Source: Octopus vulgaris
Taxonomy: Eukaryota
Direction of reading: 5' to 3'
Length of the DNA: 64,000 nucleotides
Assembly (NCBI GenBank): GCA_951406725.2
Contig: OX597829.1
Location: 3,286,001-3,350,000, forward strand
Each line of letters begins with the position of its first letter. Positions within the stretch are counted from its first letter, which is position 1. Both the position numbers and the translations under genes were made by a program. Shown piece after piece: positions 26,350 to 39,437 of the stretch. Under the pieces are notes generated by a model. That model had not been told where the DNA came from. It made no database searches and saw only the letters and a list, made by a program, of their open reading frames with translations.

Positions 26350-28392
26350 TACCATGGAAAAGCACCACTGATGCCATATTCCTGGTGAGAGAGCTGCAGG
26401 AGAAATATCTAGCCAAAGATAAGCCCCTGTACCTAGTTTTTGTTGACATGGAGAAAGCCTTCGACAGGGTCCCCCGATGCCTTATTTGGTGGTCAATGAG
26501 GAAACTAGGGATAGATGAATGGCTGGTGAGAGCTGTGCAAGCCATGTACAGGGATGCTGTAAGTAAGGTTAGGGTTGGCAACGTGTACACTGAAGAATTC
26601 AAGGTAGAGGTTGGGGTCCACCAGGGTTCAGTCCTCAGCCCCCTCCTATTTATCATAGTCCTCCAGGCAATTATGGAGGAATTCAAGACAGATTGCCCCT
26701 GGGAGCTCCTCTATGCTGATGACCTTGCTCTAATTGCTGAGTCACTATCAGAACTGGAGGAGAAGTTTCAGGTGTGGAAGCAAGGATTAGAATCGAGGGG
26801 CCTTAGAGTCAACCTAGCTAAAACCAAAGTCCTAATAAGTAGGAAGGTAGACAAACCACAAATGCCTTCAGGTATATGGCCCTACTTGATCTGTAGAAAA
26901 GGCGTAGGTAGAAACTCTATAAGATGTACCCAGTGTAAGCTGTGGACACATAAGAGGTGGAGCAATGTCAAAGGAAGGCTAAATAGGAAGATAGTTTTTG
27001 TATGTGGCAGATGCTCAGGAGCAATAAACACTGAAAATGTGCAGAGAACAACTTCCGTCACTTTCCAGGGGGAAAAACTAAAAGTAGTTGATAGCTTCCG
27101 TTATCTAGGTGACCAAGTCAGTAGCAGGGGCAGGTGTGCTGAAAGTGTAACTGCTAGAGTAAGAATAGCCTGGGCAAAGTTCAGGGGGCTCTTACCTCTG
27201 CTGGTGACTAAAGGCCTCTCGTTCAGAGTAAAAGGCAGACTATATGATGCATGTGTACGAACAGCCATGCTACATGGCAGTGAAACATGGGCTGTGACTG
27301 CTGAGGACACGCATAAGCTCGCGAGGAATGAAGCCAGTATGCTCCGATGAATGTGTAATGTCACTGTGCATACTCGACAGAGTGTTAGTACCCTGAGAGA
27401 AATGTTGGACCTAAGAAGCATCAGCTGTGGTGTGCAAGAGAGACGATTGCACTGGTATGGTCATGTGGCGAGAATGGATGAAGATAGTTGTGTGAAAAAG
27501 TACCATACCCTAGCAGTTGAGGGAACCCGTGGAAGAGGTAGACCCAGGAAAACCTGGGACGAGGTGGTGAAGCATGACCTTCGAAATTTAGGCCTCACCG
27601 AGGCAATGACTAGCGACCGAGTCCTTTGGAAATATGCTGTGCGTGAGAAGACCCGGCAGGACAAGTGAGTCCAGCCCACTTCAGCATGTCTTTCCTCCCT
27701 TGGACACACAAAGACCTGTTGACGCAAGCAAAGTCGAAATTGAACCTCATCCGACGACAGGCACCCATGCCAACCTCCCTTCATTGGACACTAAACTCTG
27801 CTTGCAAAGACCTGTTGGGGCAAGTGAAATCGGAATCGGAATTGAACCAATCCTATGACTGGCACCCGGCAGTTGCCAGGACCGCTGGACTGACTCCTGT
27901 GCAGGTGGCAAGTGAAGAAACACCATTTCGCCCCTGTGCTTGAGGAGATCCATTGAGTCAAGTACACCGACATCAAAATCAATGGAAACTGCAGTTGTGA
28001 TCCCTGAGCTGGTGGCACGTAAAAAGCACCATCTGAACGTGGCCGATGCCAGAGCTGCTCAGACTGGCTTCCGTGCCGGTGGCACGTAAAAAGCACTATC
28101 CGACTCGTGGCCGATGCCAGCGCCGCATAGACTGGCTTCCGTGCCGGTGGCACGTAAAATGCACCAATCCGATTGTGGCCGTTGCCAGCCTTGCCTGGCA
28201 CCTGTGCAGGTGGCACGTAAAAAGCATCCACTACACTCACAGAGTGGTTGGCGTTAGGAAGGGCATCCAGCTGTAGAAACACTGCCAGATCAGACCGGAG
28301 CCTGGTGCAGCCTTCTGGCTTCCCAGACCCCGGCTGAACCGTCCAACCCATGCTAGCATGGAGAACGGACGTTAAACGATGATGATGATGAT
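26350..28392 (+). pseudogene. RTE LINE 3' half: RT, PHD-like finger, C-terminus, repeated 3' UTR, (GAT)n tail
   Basis: VDMEKAFDRV, GVHQGSVLSPLLF, YADD, FRYLG, LHWYGHV, RGRGRPRKTW; one in-frame TGA at 27348-27350; natural stop ends at 27668. Confidence 0.95.
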
Positions 28393-28614
28393 TTCCCACC
28401 TATTGATACCCTCCATTTTCTTACTGCTCTATAAATTAATGGTAAAATGTCTCTTTACCGTCACCCATTTAGTACACTCAGTAATGTAACTGCAATGCAA
28501 TAAAAAGCACTTGTGTATTAATAATTGGGTATTCTACCAGAAGTATATTGGGTAGATATTATCCCTTAGTTGGTTGGATTCACAGCCTCTAACTTTCTTG
28601 GAATATATATATAT

Positions 28615-28863
<249 letters not shown>

Positions 28864-29124
28864 TGCGTGTGTGTCAGTGCTACTGTCTCCTAGCCTCAAC
28901 ACTACATGATAGTTTCAAAATAAGTGTCCCCCATTATTGAAGCAGTGTTGTTTATTTCCATTCTTCTATGGAAAACATGTCTGATCATGGGGACATGTTA
29001 CCTTGCTTTGAAACAGGTGAAGTTTGGTGACAGAAAGAGCATCCAGCTGTAGAAAATTTACATCAACAATTTCTATTCAAGAGATTAAGAAACATTGATG
29101 TTAGAGAATGAAGATGATGATGGT

Positions 29125-29520
29125 GTGTATGTATGTATGTATGTATGTATCTATGTATGTATGTATGTATGTGTGTGTATGTACATACGTATGTATGTAT
29201 GTATATATGTATGTATGTGTGTATATACGTATGTATGTATGTATGTGTGTGTGTATGTACGTATGTATGTATGTATGTATGTATGTACGTACGTACGTAC
29301 GTATGTATGAATGTATGTATATATGTCTGTATGTATGTATGAATGTATGTACGTTTGTATGTATGTATGAATGTATGTACGTATGTATGTATGTATGTAT
29401 GTATATATGTCTGTATGTATGTATGTATGAATGTATGTACGTTTGACTGTATGTATGAATGTACGTACGTATGTATGAATGTACGTACGTATGTATGAAT
29501 GTATGTACATATGTATATAC
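29125..29520. repeat. Degenerate (TATG)n microsatellite
   Basis: Direct observation. Confidence 0.9.
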
Positions 29521-29741
29521 ATTGAGGGAAAATTTAATAAAAAAATCGAAAGTAAATTGTTACAATGGGAAACTACTTTTCCCCGATTTAATGTCTACCA
29601 CAAATACAAATATGTAATTTATACTATATATACAGGTATATGATATACCCTTTAGATATGGGTGTATAATGTACCCTATAGCTGTAAGTATATAATGTTC
29701 CTTATTCTTAGAGATATAGAACATACAATATAGATACAGGT

Positions 29742-30056
29742 ATATCACCGTGATCACCATGACTGACCAGGCTATCAGATGTTGCTATACATCGCTGGTC
29801 ACAATGTGCTTCGCATTGTTTTAGCCTTCAAATAACGCCACCCCACTGGCTAAGCAAGCAGGCCAACAGAAGAAAGAGTGAGAGAAAGTTGTGGCAAAAG
29901 AGTACAGCAGGGATCTCCACCACCCCCTGCCAGAGCCTCTTGGAGCTTTAGGTATTTTCACTCAATAAACACTCACAACGCCCGGTCTGGGAATCGAAAC
30001 TGCGATCCTACAACTGTGAGTCCGCTGTCCTAACCACCGGGCCATTGCATCTCCAC
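29742..30056 (-). mobile_element. SINE family C (tail type 2)
   Basis: First ~185 bp match 9137-9322; the 3' tail is unrelated. Confidence 0.8.
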
Positions 30057-30544
30057 AGATACAAGTATATAGTGCATGCAATAGCTATAGGTAAACAATG
30101 TATGCTCATTGGTTTAGAGTTCATACTCCCAGTGTGAATAGCTGTCTGACTTCTAATACTTGGTATTATAAAAGCATTGAGTCTTGTTTGATCTTATGAA
30201 GAAGTAAGATTACATTTTTAAATTCAAGATTTTGATGCTTGATTGATTCCATTTATGGTTCATAAAGAGAGTGACTTTTGATTAGATAAATATGTAGTGG
30301 ATCTTGCATGCATGAAGTGGATTCGATCCACCATAGTCAAATTGAAGTTAACACTGCAACAGAACTTTTCCCACGATGGAACAATGGTTTTTTCTCTGAC
30401 AGCAGTTTTACATTTCCCAGATGCCTTTAGCTGGACCAAAATAATGTTTTCACCACTTGACCCTTTCTAACCTCTTCTACTTCACCAAAAGCTAGAATAG
30501 AGATAACAAAACCATCAACTAAATCTATTGTTCTCAATGATATG

Positions 30545-31038
30545 TTTATCCTTCTGGCTAGTTATAAAAGCAAGCATTCCCCAAGCAAAAATCAGTTAGT
30601 CACAGTCAGTGACGACTCAACGAGACTAGTCACATGGAGACAACTCAACCAAGTAGTCACTTGGCGACAACTGAGCGAGGCAGCTCATGATGACTCAGTT
30701 AGGGAATGGGCTGCTAGAATCATGATCACAAGGAATGCTTCTACTAAAGATAATGGTCAGCAACAGAAATGAAGTTTACTGTCAGCAACTATGAGACAAC
30801 ACCCTACAACTCTCACCAGCTCTAATTCTGTTCTCTTACAACATCATTCTATCTCTCTCCATAATTACTACTAAACAATGAAGAGAACACAAACACAAAC
30901 TTTACTTCGCATGTCTTTAGATTTATCATAACCTGCTTGTCGAGGCAAGGTATTGTAACGTAACGGTAAATGAATACTTCCTTAAAACTTCATGCATTGT
31001 TCATCTTTCACATCTTACAACTTGCTGTCATAACAACA
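30545..31038 (+). mobile_element. LTR-like element with TATA box and initiator
   Basis: TATAAAA at 30563, TCAGTT initiator about 30 nt downstream, short repeats, ends in ...AACAACA; 30880-30986 recurs at 32059-32165. 5' boundary not resolved. Confidence 0.5.
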
Positions 31039-31567
31039 AATTTTTATCATTACAGCGGCTGACTCTGACATTTCATAATATTGTTTACAAATCCATTTCT
31101 CCAGCTACAATCGGTGACCCATGACTTCAACTAAAAGCTTTATCATTACAAATATATTAGTAAAGTGAAAAGGCTTAAGAAGATGTTGGTGCAATGGTTG
31201 TTGTTTTGCAATGCTAATGATTAATATCTACAGTTGGAGAAGTAGAAAAAGTTTACCATTTCCTAAACCAGTATTGTTGCAATATCAAAAAGCTTGATCA
31301 TTTGAGATTTTCTGATGCCAATCAAAGAAATACTTGGATTTAAATGATTGTGTCATGGAAGGGTAATAAGAAATAACTGATTAAAAGGCCTGCTGATGTC
31401 TTTCTGATTTGCAAACACCCAGTCAAGGGTGGCTGATGTATCTTTGAATCCAATAAAATATATCTTCACTCACCTTGGTAATATGGTAAAATACCATCAT
31501 CCATTTTTCATTGGCTGATGAGTGAAAAAAAGCAGTAGAGCTAATATGTTGCTTGGTTTAACAACCT

Positions 31568-31797
31568 ATTTCTTTACTACCCACAAGGGGATAAACACAG
31601 AAGAGACAAACAAGAACAGACAAATGGATTAAGTCGATTATATCGACTCCAGTGAGTAACTCGTACTTAATTTATCGACCCCGAAAGGATGAAAGGCAAA
31701 GTCGACCTTGGCGGATTTTGAACTCAGAACATAACGGCAGACGAAATACTGCTAAGCATTTCGCCCAGCATGCTAACGTTTCTGCCAGCTCACCACT
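31568..31797 (-). mobile_element. SINE family B
   Basis: Reverse complement of the 2083-2316 type; cttggtttaacaacct duplicated at both ends. Confidence 0.85.
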
Positions 31798-31816
31798 TGG
31801 TTTAACAACCTTTTAA

Positions 31817-32028
31817 CCTTTCGCATTTAAACAAGCCATATCCAGACCAAATATTCTGTTTTATGTTCAAACCAGCCACTTACACCCTCTCACACTAACC
31901 CAACAATGTCATGCTATAAATAAACTATCATATCATCAAAATCTCAAAGCTACGAGATAATACATGAGCAATTCAAAACAATGTGAATAAAGTTTTACAT
32001 CTGACAGAATAAACTGAATGCTACAGGG
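31817..32028. mobile_element. piggyBac-like MITE
   Basis: TTAA on both sides; TIR-like ends; homologous to 23329-23548. Confidence 0.75.
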
Positions 32029-33284
32029 TTAAGAGAGAGTTGACTGCTATTTGTTGTGGAAGAGAATACAAACACAAACTTTACTTTGCATGCTTTTGGA
32101 TTTATCAAATCCTGCCCGTTGAGGCAAGGTATTGTAACGTAATGGTAAATAAATACTTCCTTAAATACTTCCTTACATCAACCCCAGTGCAAAACTGGTA
32201 CTTTATTTATCGACTATGAAAGGATGAAAAGCAAAGTCGACCTCGGCGGAATTTGCCTTTCATCCTTTCGTGGTCGATAAATAAAGTACCAGTTTTGCAC
32301 TGGGGTCGTTGTAATCAACTTAATCCCTTTGTCTGTCTCCTCTATGTTTAGCCCTTTGTGGGCAATAAAGAAATATATTTGTAGTGGAGTGACTACTTGT
32401 GTAAGAGGCTTCTTTATTAGATGGTGCAGGTTGAAGTGGGTTGCTAGTGGAAGCTCACTAACAGACATGATAGACAGACAAATAGATAAGATGGATGAAT
32501 GGATGGGTGGATGGCTGGATGGATGGATGGGTAGATGGATGGCAGGAAGTTAGGCAGAAACAGAAAGAGAAAGATACTTTAAAACGGCCATAGCTTAGGA
32601 AACTTCTATCTGGGCATTTCCAAGTAGTTTCTTCCACAGTCACCAGAGGAAAGCGTGAGATTACTGGAAGTCATCAAAATCACGATGGTCTTTAGTTGAG
32701 AGTTGGTGTATGGAAATATTCCACAATGTTAGATGCATGTAGATTGTTTATATAATCAGGAGCTGTAATTCCCCTCCTCCATTTGATCATACCAATATCA
32801 GAGGAACTGCAAAGAGCTTTGATCTTCCTTCTTTCACCAAAGCTATGCAAAGATATCTGTCACAATTCTCATAACGTTATTTGGTTGTCCCATTTAACCA
32901 ATGTGACTTCTTTACATAAGGGATTGTGTGAGTGTGTGTGTGTGTGTGTATGAAAGAGGGAAAGAGAGAGAGAGAGTGTGTATACATAGAAACATGCACA
33001 CATACATATATAAATACATACATATATATATATATATATATATTTAAGTATATATATATATATATATATATACATGCCCAGGCCTGTTACCCATTTTTTT
33101 AGGAGGGGGTAGCCACAACAAGACACACACCAAGCATTCCATTCATTTCCCAGCTCAAAGAGGTGAGTCCTGTCCTGTGTTCGGGTCAAAGCATAGCCTA
33201 ATATCAACAGCAGGGCCTGACAGCATCATGCTGGTATACCCCCGCTGTATCATTCTGGTTCTGTGCCCCTTTGAGCAATATCAA

Positions 33285-34225
33285 TTCACTCATCTGTCCA
33301 CAAACCCTCTCCAAGCTTGCCCATCATTTATAAACTCGCTTGCCTCTCTCACTCCAATACCTTTAACCATCACCATCAAAGCCTTTCTCACTCCATCCAC
33401 CCACACAAACCGAAGTCTGCCTCTGGTTCCGCTGCCTACCAATTCTGCCTTCATCACCCTCCATACCATCCGCTCCTTATCCATTCTCTCCATATGGCCA
33501 AACCACCTCAACATTTGTCTATCCATTCTGGTTGTTAAATTTTCTCTCATTCCTACTTGCCTTCACACCTCTTCATTCCTCATCCTGTCCATCCGTGTCG
33601 CACCAATCATAGCCCTCAAAATCTCATCTCAAACACATCTAGTTGCCTCCTTTCCGCCTCTCTCAGACCCCACTTCTCTGCACCATATAACATTGTCGGC
33701 ACAATCATGCCCTCATACACACCTCTTTCCTTGTTCATACTTAACCTTTTACCTCTCAGCATACATTTCACAACTCCCAGTACCTCACTCCCCTCCCTCA
33801 CTCTATAACTCACTTCCTTGGCTACCCACCCCCTCTGCAATCCAAGATACTTAAAAGCACTCACCTCCTCTAACACCTCACATTCATCTGGCAATTCCAT
33901 CTCTTGAGCATCTCATCTCCTTACTCTTGGCTACATTCACTTTCAGTTTCCTCTTCTCACACGCCCTCCCACCAGTCTCCTCAGTTGCTCTTCCAAATCC
34001 GCCACCAGTGTTCTATCATCAGCAAACAACAACTGACTCACCTGCCATTTCTCTCCATTTTCTCACACCATTTGGGCTCCCCTACCGAGGGTTCTATCAT
34101 TCACCTCTCTCATCACATCCTCCATATATAGATTAAACAGCCACAGAGACATCACACAACCCTGTCTTAACCTCACCTTCACATCAAAACCACTCACTTC
34201 ACCATCCGCTCAAATGCATGCCCTA
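33285..34225 (-). pseudogene. Decayed RTE-clade LINE 3' fragment (different family)
   Basis: [47 protein letters not shown] motifs. Confidence 0.85.
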
Positions 34226-34865
34226 CTTTCTCTATAAAAACTCTGTACATAAGAATATATATATATATGTGTGTGTGTATGTATATATATATACACATAC
34301 ATATACATACATACATACATATATATACAAATACACACATACATATATACATATATATATATATACACACATACATACATATGGATATACATTATGTGCT
34401 GAAATAGTTAAAATGACTAGTTTGTTTTATTAGCTTTGATTGTCACCATGAAGTGTACTTGTCAAAAGTGTCAGTATGTTTGCATGTTTAGACAATTTAG
34501 GACTATATCTTGCTCTGACCGACTAGTTTGCATACCAAAAAAATCAAAACAAGAGAAACAGCAAGTAATGGGTGACATTAATTTACATCTAGTAGACAGT
34601 ATATCGAAGCTGTGATATTGTTTATTGTTTCATTCTGAATATATATATGTCCGTTTTTCTGTCAAAGCTTTCTTCCAAGGAATCTAATGTGCTTTGCTTA
34701 GTTTTTCCTTGGGGCTGGCCAGATTGGAGCAATTTCAAAATTAATCAGCCGAAATTGCGAGGATGATCCAGTTCTTGACTGAAGATTGAAGGCTTCGGAT
34801 GTCCCGTCCATGTTTTTTGTATCGTCTCCTCAACGTTTTGCGTTCTTGTCCCAGTTTGTATTTTT

Positions 34866-34907
<42 letters not shown>

Positions 34908-35274
34908 CAGAGATACCCGGCATTGCTCAGGATTAAAATGGCATAGTTTTTAATTGTTTTACTTGTTTCAGTCATGTGACTGCTGCCATGCTGGAGCACT
35001 GCCTTTAGTCGAAGAAATTGACAGCAGGATTCATGCTTTGTAAGCCTAGTACTTATTCTGTTGGTGTATTTTGCCAAACGGCTAAGTTACGAGGTTGTAA
35101 ACACAGCAACATTGGTTTTCAAGAGATAATGGGGGTACAAACACAGACACAAACAAATAGACACATATATATATAGCAGTCTTCTTTCAGTTTCTGTGTA
35201 CAAGTTCACTCACAAGGCTTTTGTAGGCCTGAGGCTACATATATACATATTTCAACTGCTAAAGGCAAATACAC

Positions 35275-37790
35275 TGCAGTTAGCGTGGAGAAAAAATCTC
35301 TCTTATGGTAAAAAGGTGTGAAAGTATATTGCAAAGAGGGTGGGTACATCAAGGTCTCCTTGCTTTACTCCATTTTTCACAGCAAAAAATTCAGAGAGCC
35401 TACCACCAAAATTAACTCTAGCTTTCATATCTTGATACAAAGCCCTGATCATGTTTACAAATTTTTCTGCGAAACCTATTTTCCTTAGAATTAGTCAAAG
35501 AGCATTTCGATTAACAGTATCGAATGCTTTGCACAAATCAACAAAGCAATGGTATGGAGCAAGATTCTGTTCAATGCACTTTTCTTGCAACTGTCTAATA
35601 GTAAAGATACAATCAGCTCTGCCCCTGGAGGAACGAAAACCACACTGAGACTCAGATACCATATTTGGAACTATGAAGGTATTTAAATGTTCTAACAGAA
35701 TGCGGGCAAATACCTTTCCAACCAGAGACAAAAGCGAAATCCCAAGAAAATTACCACACAGATCCTTTGGCCCTGATTTATACAAGGAGACTAAAAATGG
35801 CATCAATCCAGTCATGAGGTACTTTCTCGGTTCTCCAATAGTGACTAATTAATAAATTTAAGATTTCAAACATTTTTTGTCACCCTCATATTTCAAGACT
35901 TCTGCACAGACTCCATCAGACCCTGGAGGCTTATTGTTTATTCACAGCTATATAAATGTCACTTAGAGTTGGTTCAAATACCATCTCTTCTATAACTTGA
36001 AGGTGTTTTTTTGCTATCATCCTCATGTCAGCGGATGATGGTTTATTCAAAAGTGCAGAAAAATGTTCTACCCAGCGCTTATGAATAGAAGTGGTGTCAG
36101 TCAGAAGCAAATGTTCATTTGCTGTTCCCACTGGAGCTACTGAAAAGATTTTGAGCCATATACTTCCTTAACATAAAAGTACAAAGCCTTGGCATCATTT
36201 CTATCAACTGCTTCTTGTGCCCCTTTTGCTCTATCATTCCACCATTCCTGTTTAATTTTCCTTAGAGCAGTCTGCACTTTCTTTTTCAGCTTTATGTAAG
36301 TTTCATTTGAGTTGGGGTTCAAGGACTGAGAAAGAAGTGTATTGCCTAAGTTTTGTTTTTCTAAAAGTAGATCATGAATTTCTGCTGATCTGTCTGAAAA
36401 CCAGTCACTGGACTTATGTGATTTAAATACCACTGATGAACTTGCAACCTGAAATACTTTTCTTTTGAAATCTTCCCACCGATTGTTCGGGTCAAGAGTG
36501 ATACTTTCTATAGCATCGTGGAATCTTTGTAAGTTGCTTGATAATTTAAAGGTTGCAACATTTAACTTTTTGGGTACCTTAGAACCAGACTGTTGATTTT
36601 TAGGCATTATCAAAAAATTTATTTTTCCACACACTAGATGATGGTCAGTCCAGCTCTCCACTCCGCTGCCAGAAACGTCTTTCATATGTTTTCTGATCAA
36701 AATATATTCTATGAGATGCCAATGCTTAGATCTTGAGTGCATCCAGGTGGTTTTATATTTATTTTCCTGCTTAAACAGAGTATTGATAACAACCAGATTA
36801 TCCTCAGTACAAAACGTCAAAAGAGCTACTCCATTTTTATTACATTTTCCAATTCCATGTTGACCTAAAACAGGCCATGAAACATAGTCTTTTCCAACTG
36901 TTGCATTGAAATCTCCCAATATAACCAGCTTGTCAGAAATTGGTACTTTCCTCAATAATTGTGCTAGATCATCATGAAACTGTCCTACAGTTTCACCAGA
37001 ATGGGACATTGTTGGTGCATAAATACTGTCAGTTTAATATGGCATGACATGATCCATTCAGATGTACCACTTGGAAGCTCTGCAATGGAGGATACTAATG
37101 AATTCTTGAAAGCAAACTCAATGCCAGATTCTCTATGCTGACCCTTAGGTAGGCCTTTTCAAAAGATAGGACATCCATAAGTAGGTTCATTTACTTGACC
37201 CTCACCAGAGAGACAAGTTTCAGAGAGTGCAACTATATCAAGGGAATATTTCTTAAGCTCACATGCAAAAAATTCAGTATGCCTTTCTATCCTCTCGACG
37301 AAATTATCATGAATAAGTGTGCACACATTCCAACAGCCAAAATTGAAGGGATGTTTATTTTTACTTTTTCTTGAAGATTGACCACAGTGGCAGGATGACG
37401 ACTGGGCCCAGCCTGTGATATACTAGGACACCTGCCGAGCCAGACCTGTTCCCCTGACATTCCCAAGCCTTTTTTGCCATTTACTGAATCTGTTTGAGAC
37501 ATTTTAGAATAAGTTACAAGTGCATTTTTAAGTTTCTGCCAACCAACCAATTCAATGATTTCACTAAGATTTGGAGTACAGGAAGTACCTGTGCAGATGA
37601 ATAATTTTCAGTGGGTGTAGCTTGCACTGCACTACCCCCACCTATTGGCCCAAGAAGATTTTCACTGGTGTGACATGAAAATTGACAAAACCAGGAACTT
37701 CCAAGGCCTCAGGTTTTATTTCGGAGATTTCCTTCTAGGTAGATAACCAACCAAGTTTAAAGAACTTCTACTTGCCTATGAGGCAAGCTA
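35275..37790 (-). pseudogene. BovB-like RTE LINE 5' part (5' UTR, APE endonuclease, RT N-terminus), disrupted
   Basis: IVALSET, LGDFNA, TTWMHSRSKHWHLI, WTDH, GISLLSLVGKVFARI, ESQCGFR, FVDLCKAFDTVNR, GVKQG. Confidence 0.9.
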
Positions 37791-38000
37791 TCCCATTCTA
37801 GACACCAAACCGACACTCAAACACTCTATAAAGTGATCAAATATTGCTCTGGTGACCAACGTGGAGTGGCTCATTCGTACATTAAAAAAAAGTACGATAT
37901 GTGATTTACAAATATAACTAAAGTAAGATTTAAATATAAATAATATGTATATAAAAGTAAAAATATACATGTAAGAAAAAATACATACATACACACACGC

Positions 38001-38065
<65 letters not shown>

Positions 38066-38094
38066 CACACACACACACATATATATAGATTTAT

Positions 38095-38365
38095 AATTAT
38101 AATATAATTACATTAAAGTGTGTGGATAAACCCCATCAGCATGCTAGAAATAGACACCAAATAGCTTTAAAAACCACATCTACATTCTGTTAGTCCAAGT
38201 TCTAAGCAGGCAAATGGAAAAAAATGAATTAGACATTTTTATCTGCCCACTTACAACCTGTGCTAATGGAGGGTATATGTGGTTTTTAGAGCCATTTGGT
38301 ATCTATTTCCAGCATATTGATGGGGTTTATCTGCACCCTTTAGTATGATTTTATTATAATTATTA
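38095..38365. repeat. About 100-bp imperfect inverted repeat in (TA)-rich context
   Basis: gataaaccccatca...aaaaaccacat is mirrored by atgtggttttt...tgatggggtttatc. Confidence 0.75.
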
Positions 38366-38467
38366 ATTAGCATAAATTGTTACCTGTTTGGTTTTTTTTT
38401 ATTTCACACTGGCCATTTGATAAAATCATTAAAGTAGTTTTATCCTTAATTTTGTATAATATATATA

Positions 38468-39025
38468 TCATCATCATCATCATCATCATCATCATTATCG
38501 TTTAACATCCGCTTTCCATGCTAGCATGGGTTGGACGATTTTGACTGAGGGCTGGCGAACCAGATGGTTGCACCAGGCTCCAATCTTGATTTGGCATGGT
38601 TTCTACAGCTGGATGCCCTTCCTAACACCAACCACTCCGAGAGTGTAGTGGGTGCTTTTTACATGCCACCGGCATGGTTGCCAGTCAGGTGGTACTGGCA
38701 ATGACCTTGCTCAAATCTATTTACACATGCCACCAGCACAGGTGCCAGTAAGGTGACTTTGGTAATGATCACGCTCGAATGGTGCCCTTTTACATTCCAC
38801 TGGCACAGAAGCCAGTTGGCTGCTCTGGCAATGATTATGCTCGGATGGTGCTCTTGGCACCCTACTAGCACAGGCACAAGTGCCAGTAAGGAGACACTGG
38901 TAACGATCACGCTCGAATGGTGCCCTTTAAGTGCCACTAGCACGGAAGCTGGTTAGCTGCTCTGTCAACGATCACACTCGTATGGTGCTCTTTGCACCCT
39001 GCCCATGGACGCCAGTCATTGAATT
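38468..39025 (-). mobile_element. RTE 3' UTR/tail copy with tandem GTGCCGGTGGCAC units
   Basis: (CAT)n then gtttaacatccgctttccatgctagc. Similar copies at 45645, 49555, 54855, 56370, 58280, 59365 and 59835. Confidence 0.85.
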
Positions 39026-39170
39026 TGATTGCGTTCCAAATTATATATATATATATATATATAAAGTTAATCCAAACAAGAAAACACAGAAAAAAAGAGA
39101 AAAAAACACAGCAACGCAGGACGTGGAACAATTAAAGTATTATTGATGCTCAGGAAAGAAGGGAAGGAGG

Positions 39171-39205
39171 GTTTAACGTTTCGAGCGGAGCTCTTCGTCG
39201 GAAAC
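39171..39205 (-). ncRNA. Minimal hammerhead motif (core CCGACGA)
   Basis: Minus strand GTTT-CCGACGA-A-GAGC-TCC-GCTC-GAA-ACGT-T-AAAC; same family as 46786-46820. Confidence 0.6.
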
Positions 39206-39437
39206 AAGGAGAAGGAAAGATCCCAAAAAGCATTTAATGTACTCTGCAGTATTATGGTTGTGTAACAAAATATGGTGTCCCTACAGGTCATACATACTCA
39301 CTTTGTCTCTGATGACAGGCTACCCAGTGTATAGAGATGCTAACCTATCACTTGAGATATCTCTGAGACAGCTGTAAGACATGCAATAATTAATTACTTC
39401 AAATTCACCTTAGTCTAATTAAATATTCTAAAATATT

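Noticed and set aside
26220-27350. Intact 376-aa reverse transcriptase gene
   Set aside because: The N-terminus is microsatellite-derived, the element is 5'-truncated, and it has a premature stop.
37810-37880. HDV-like ribozyme at the RTE 5' end (CCA-CTCCACGT-TGG on minus)
   Set aside because: No P1 or P2 partner strands could be found.
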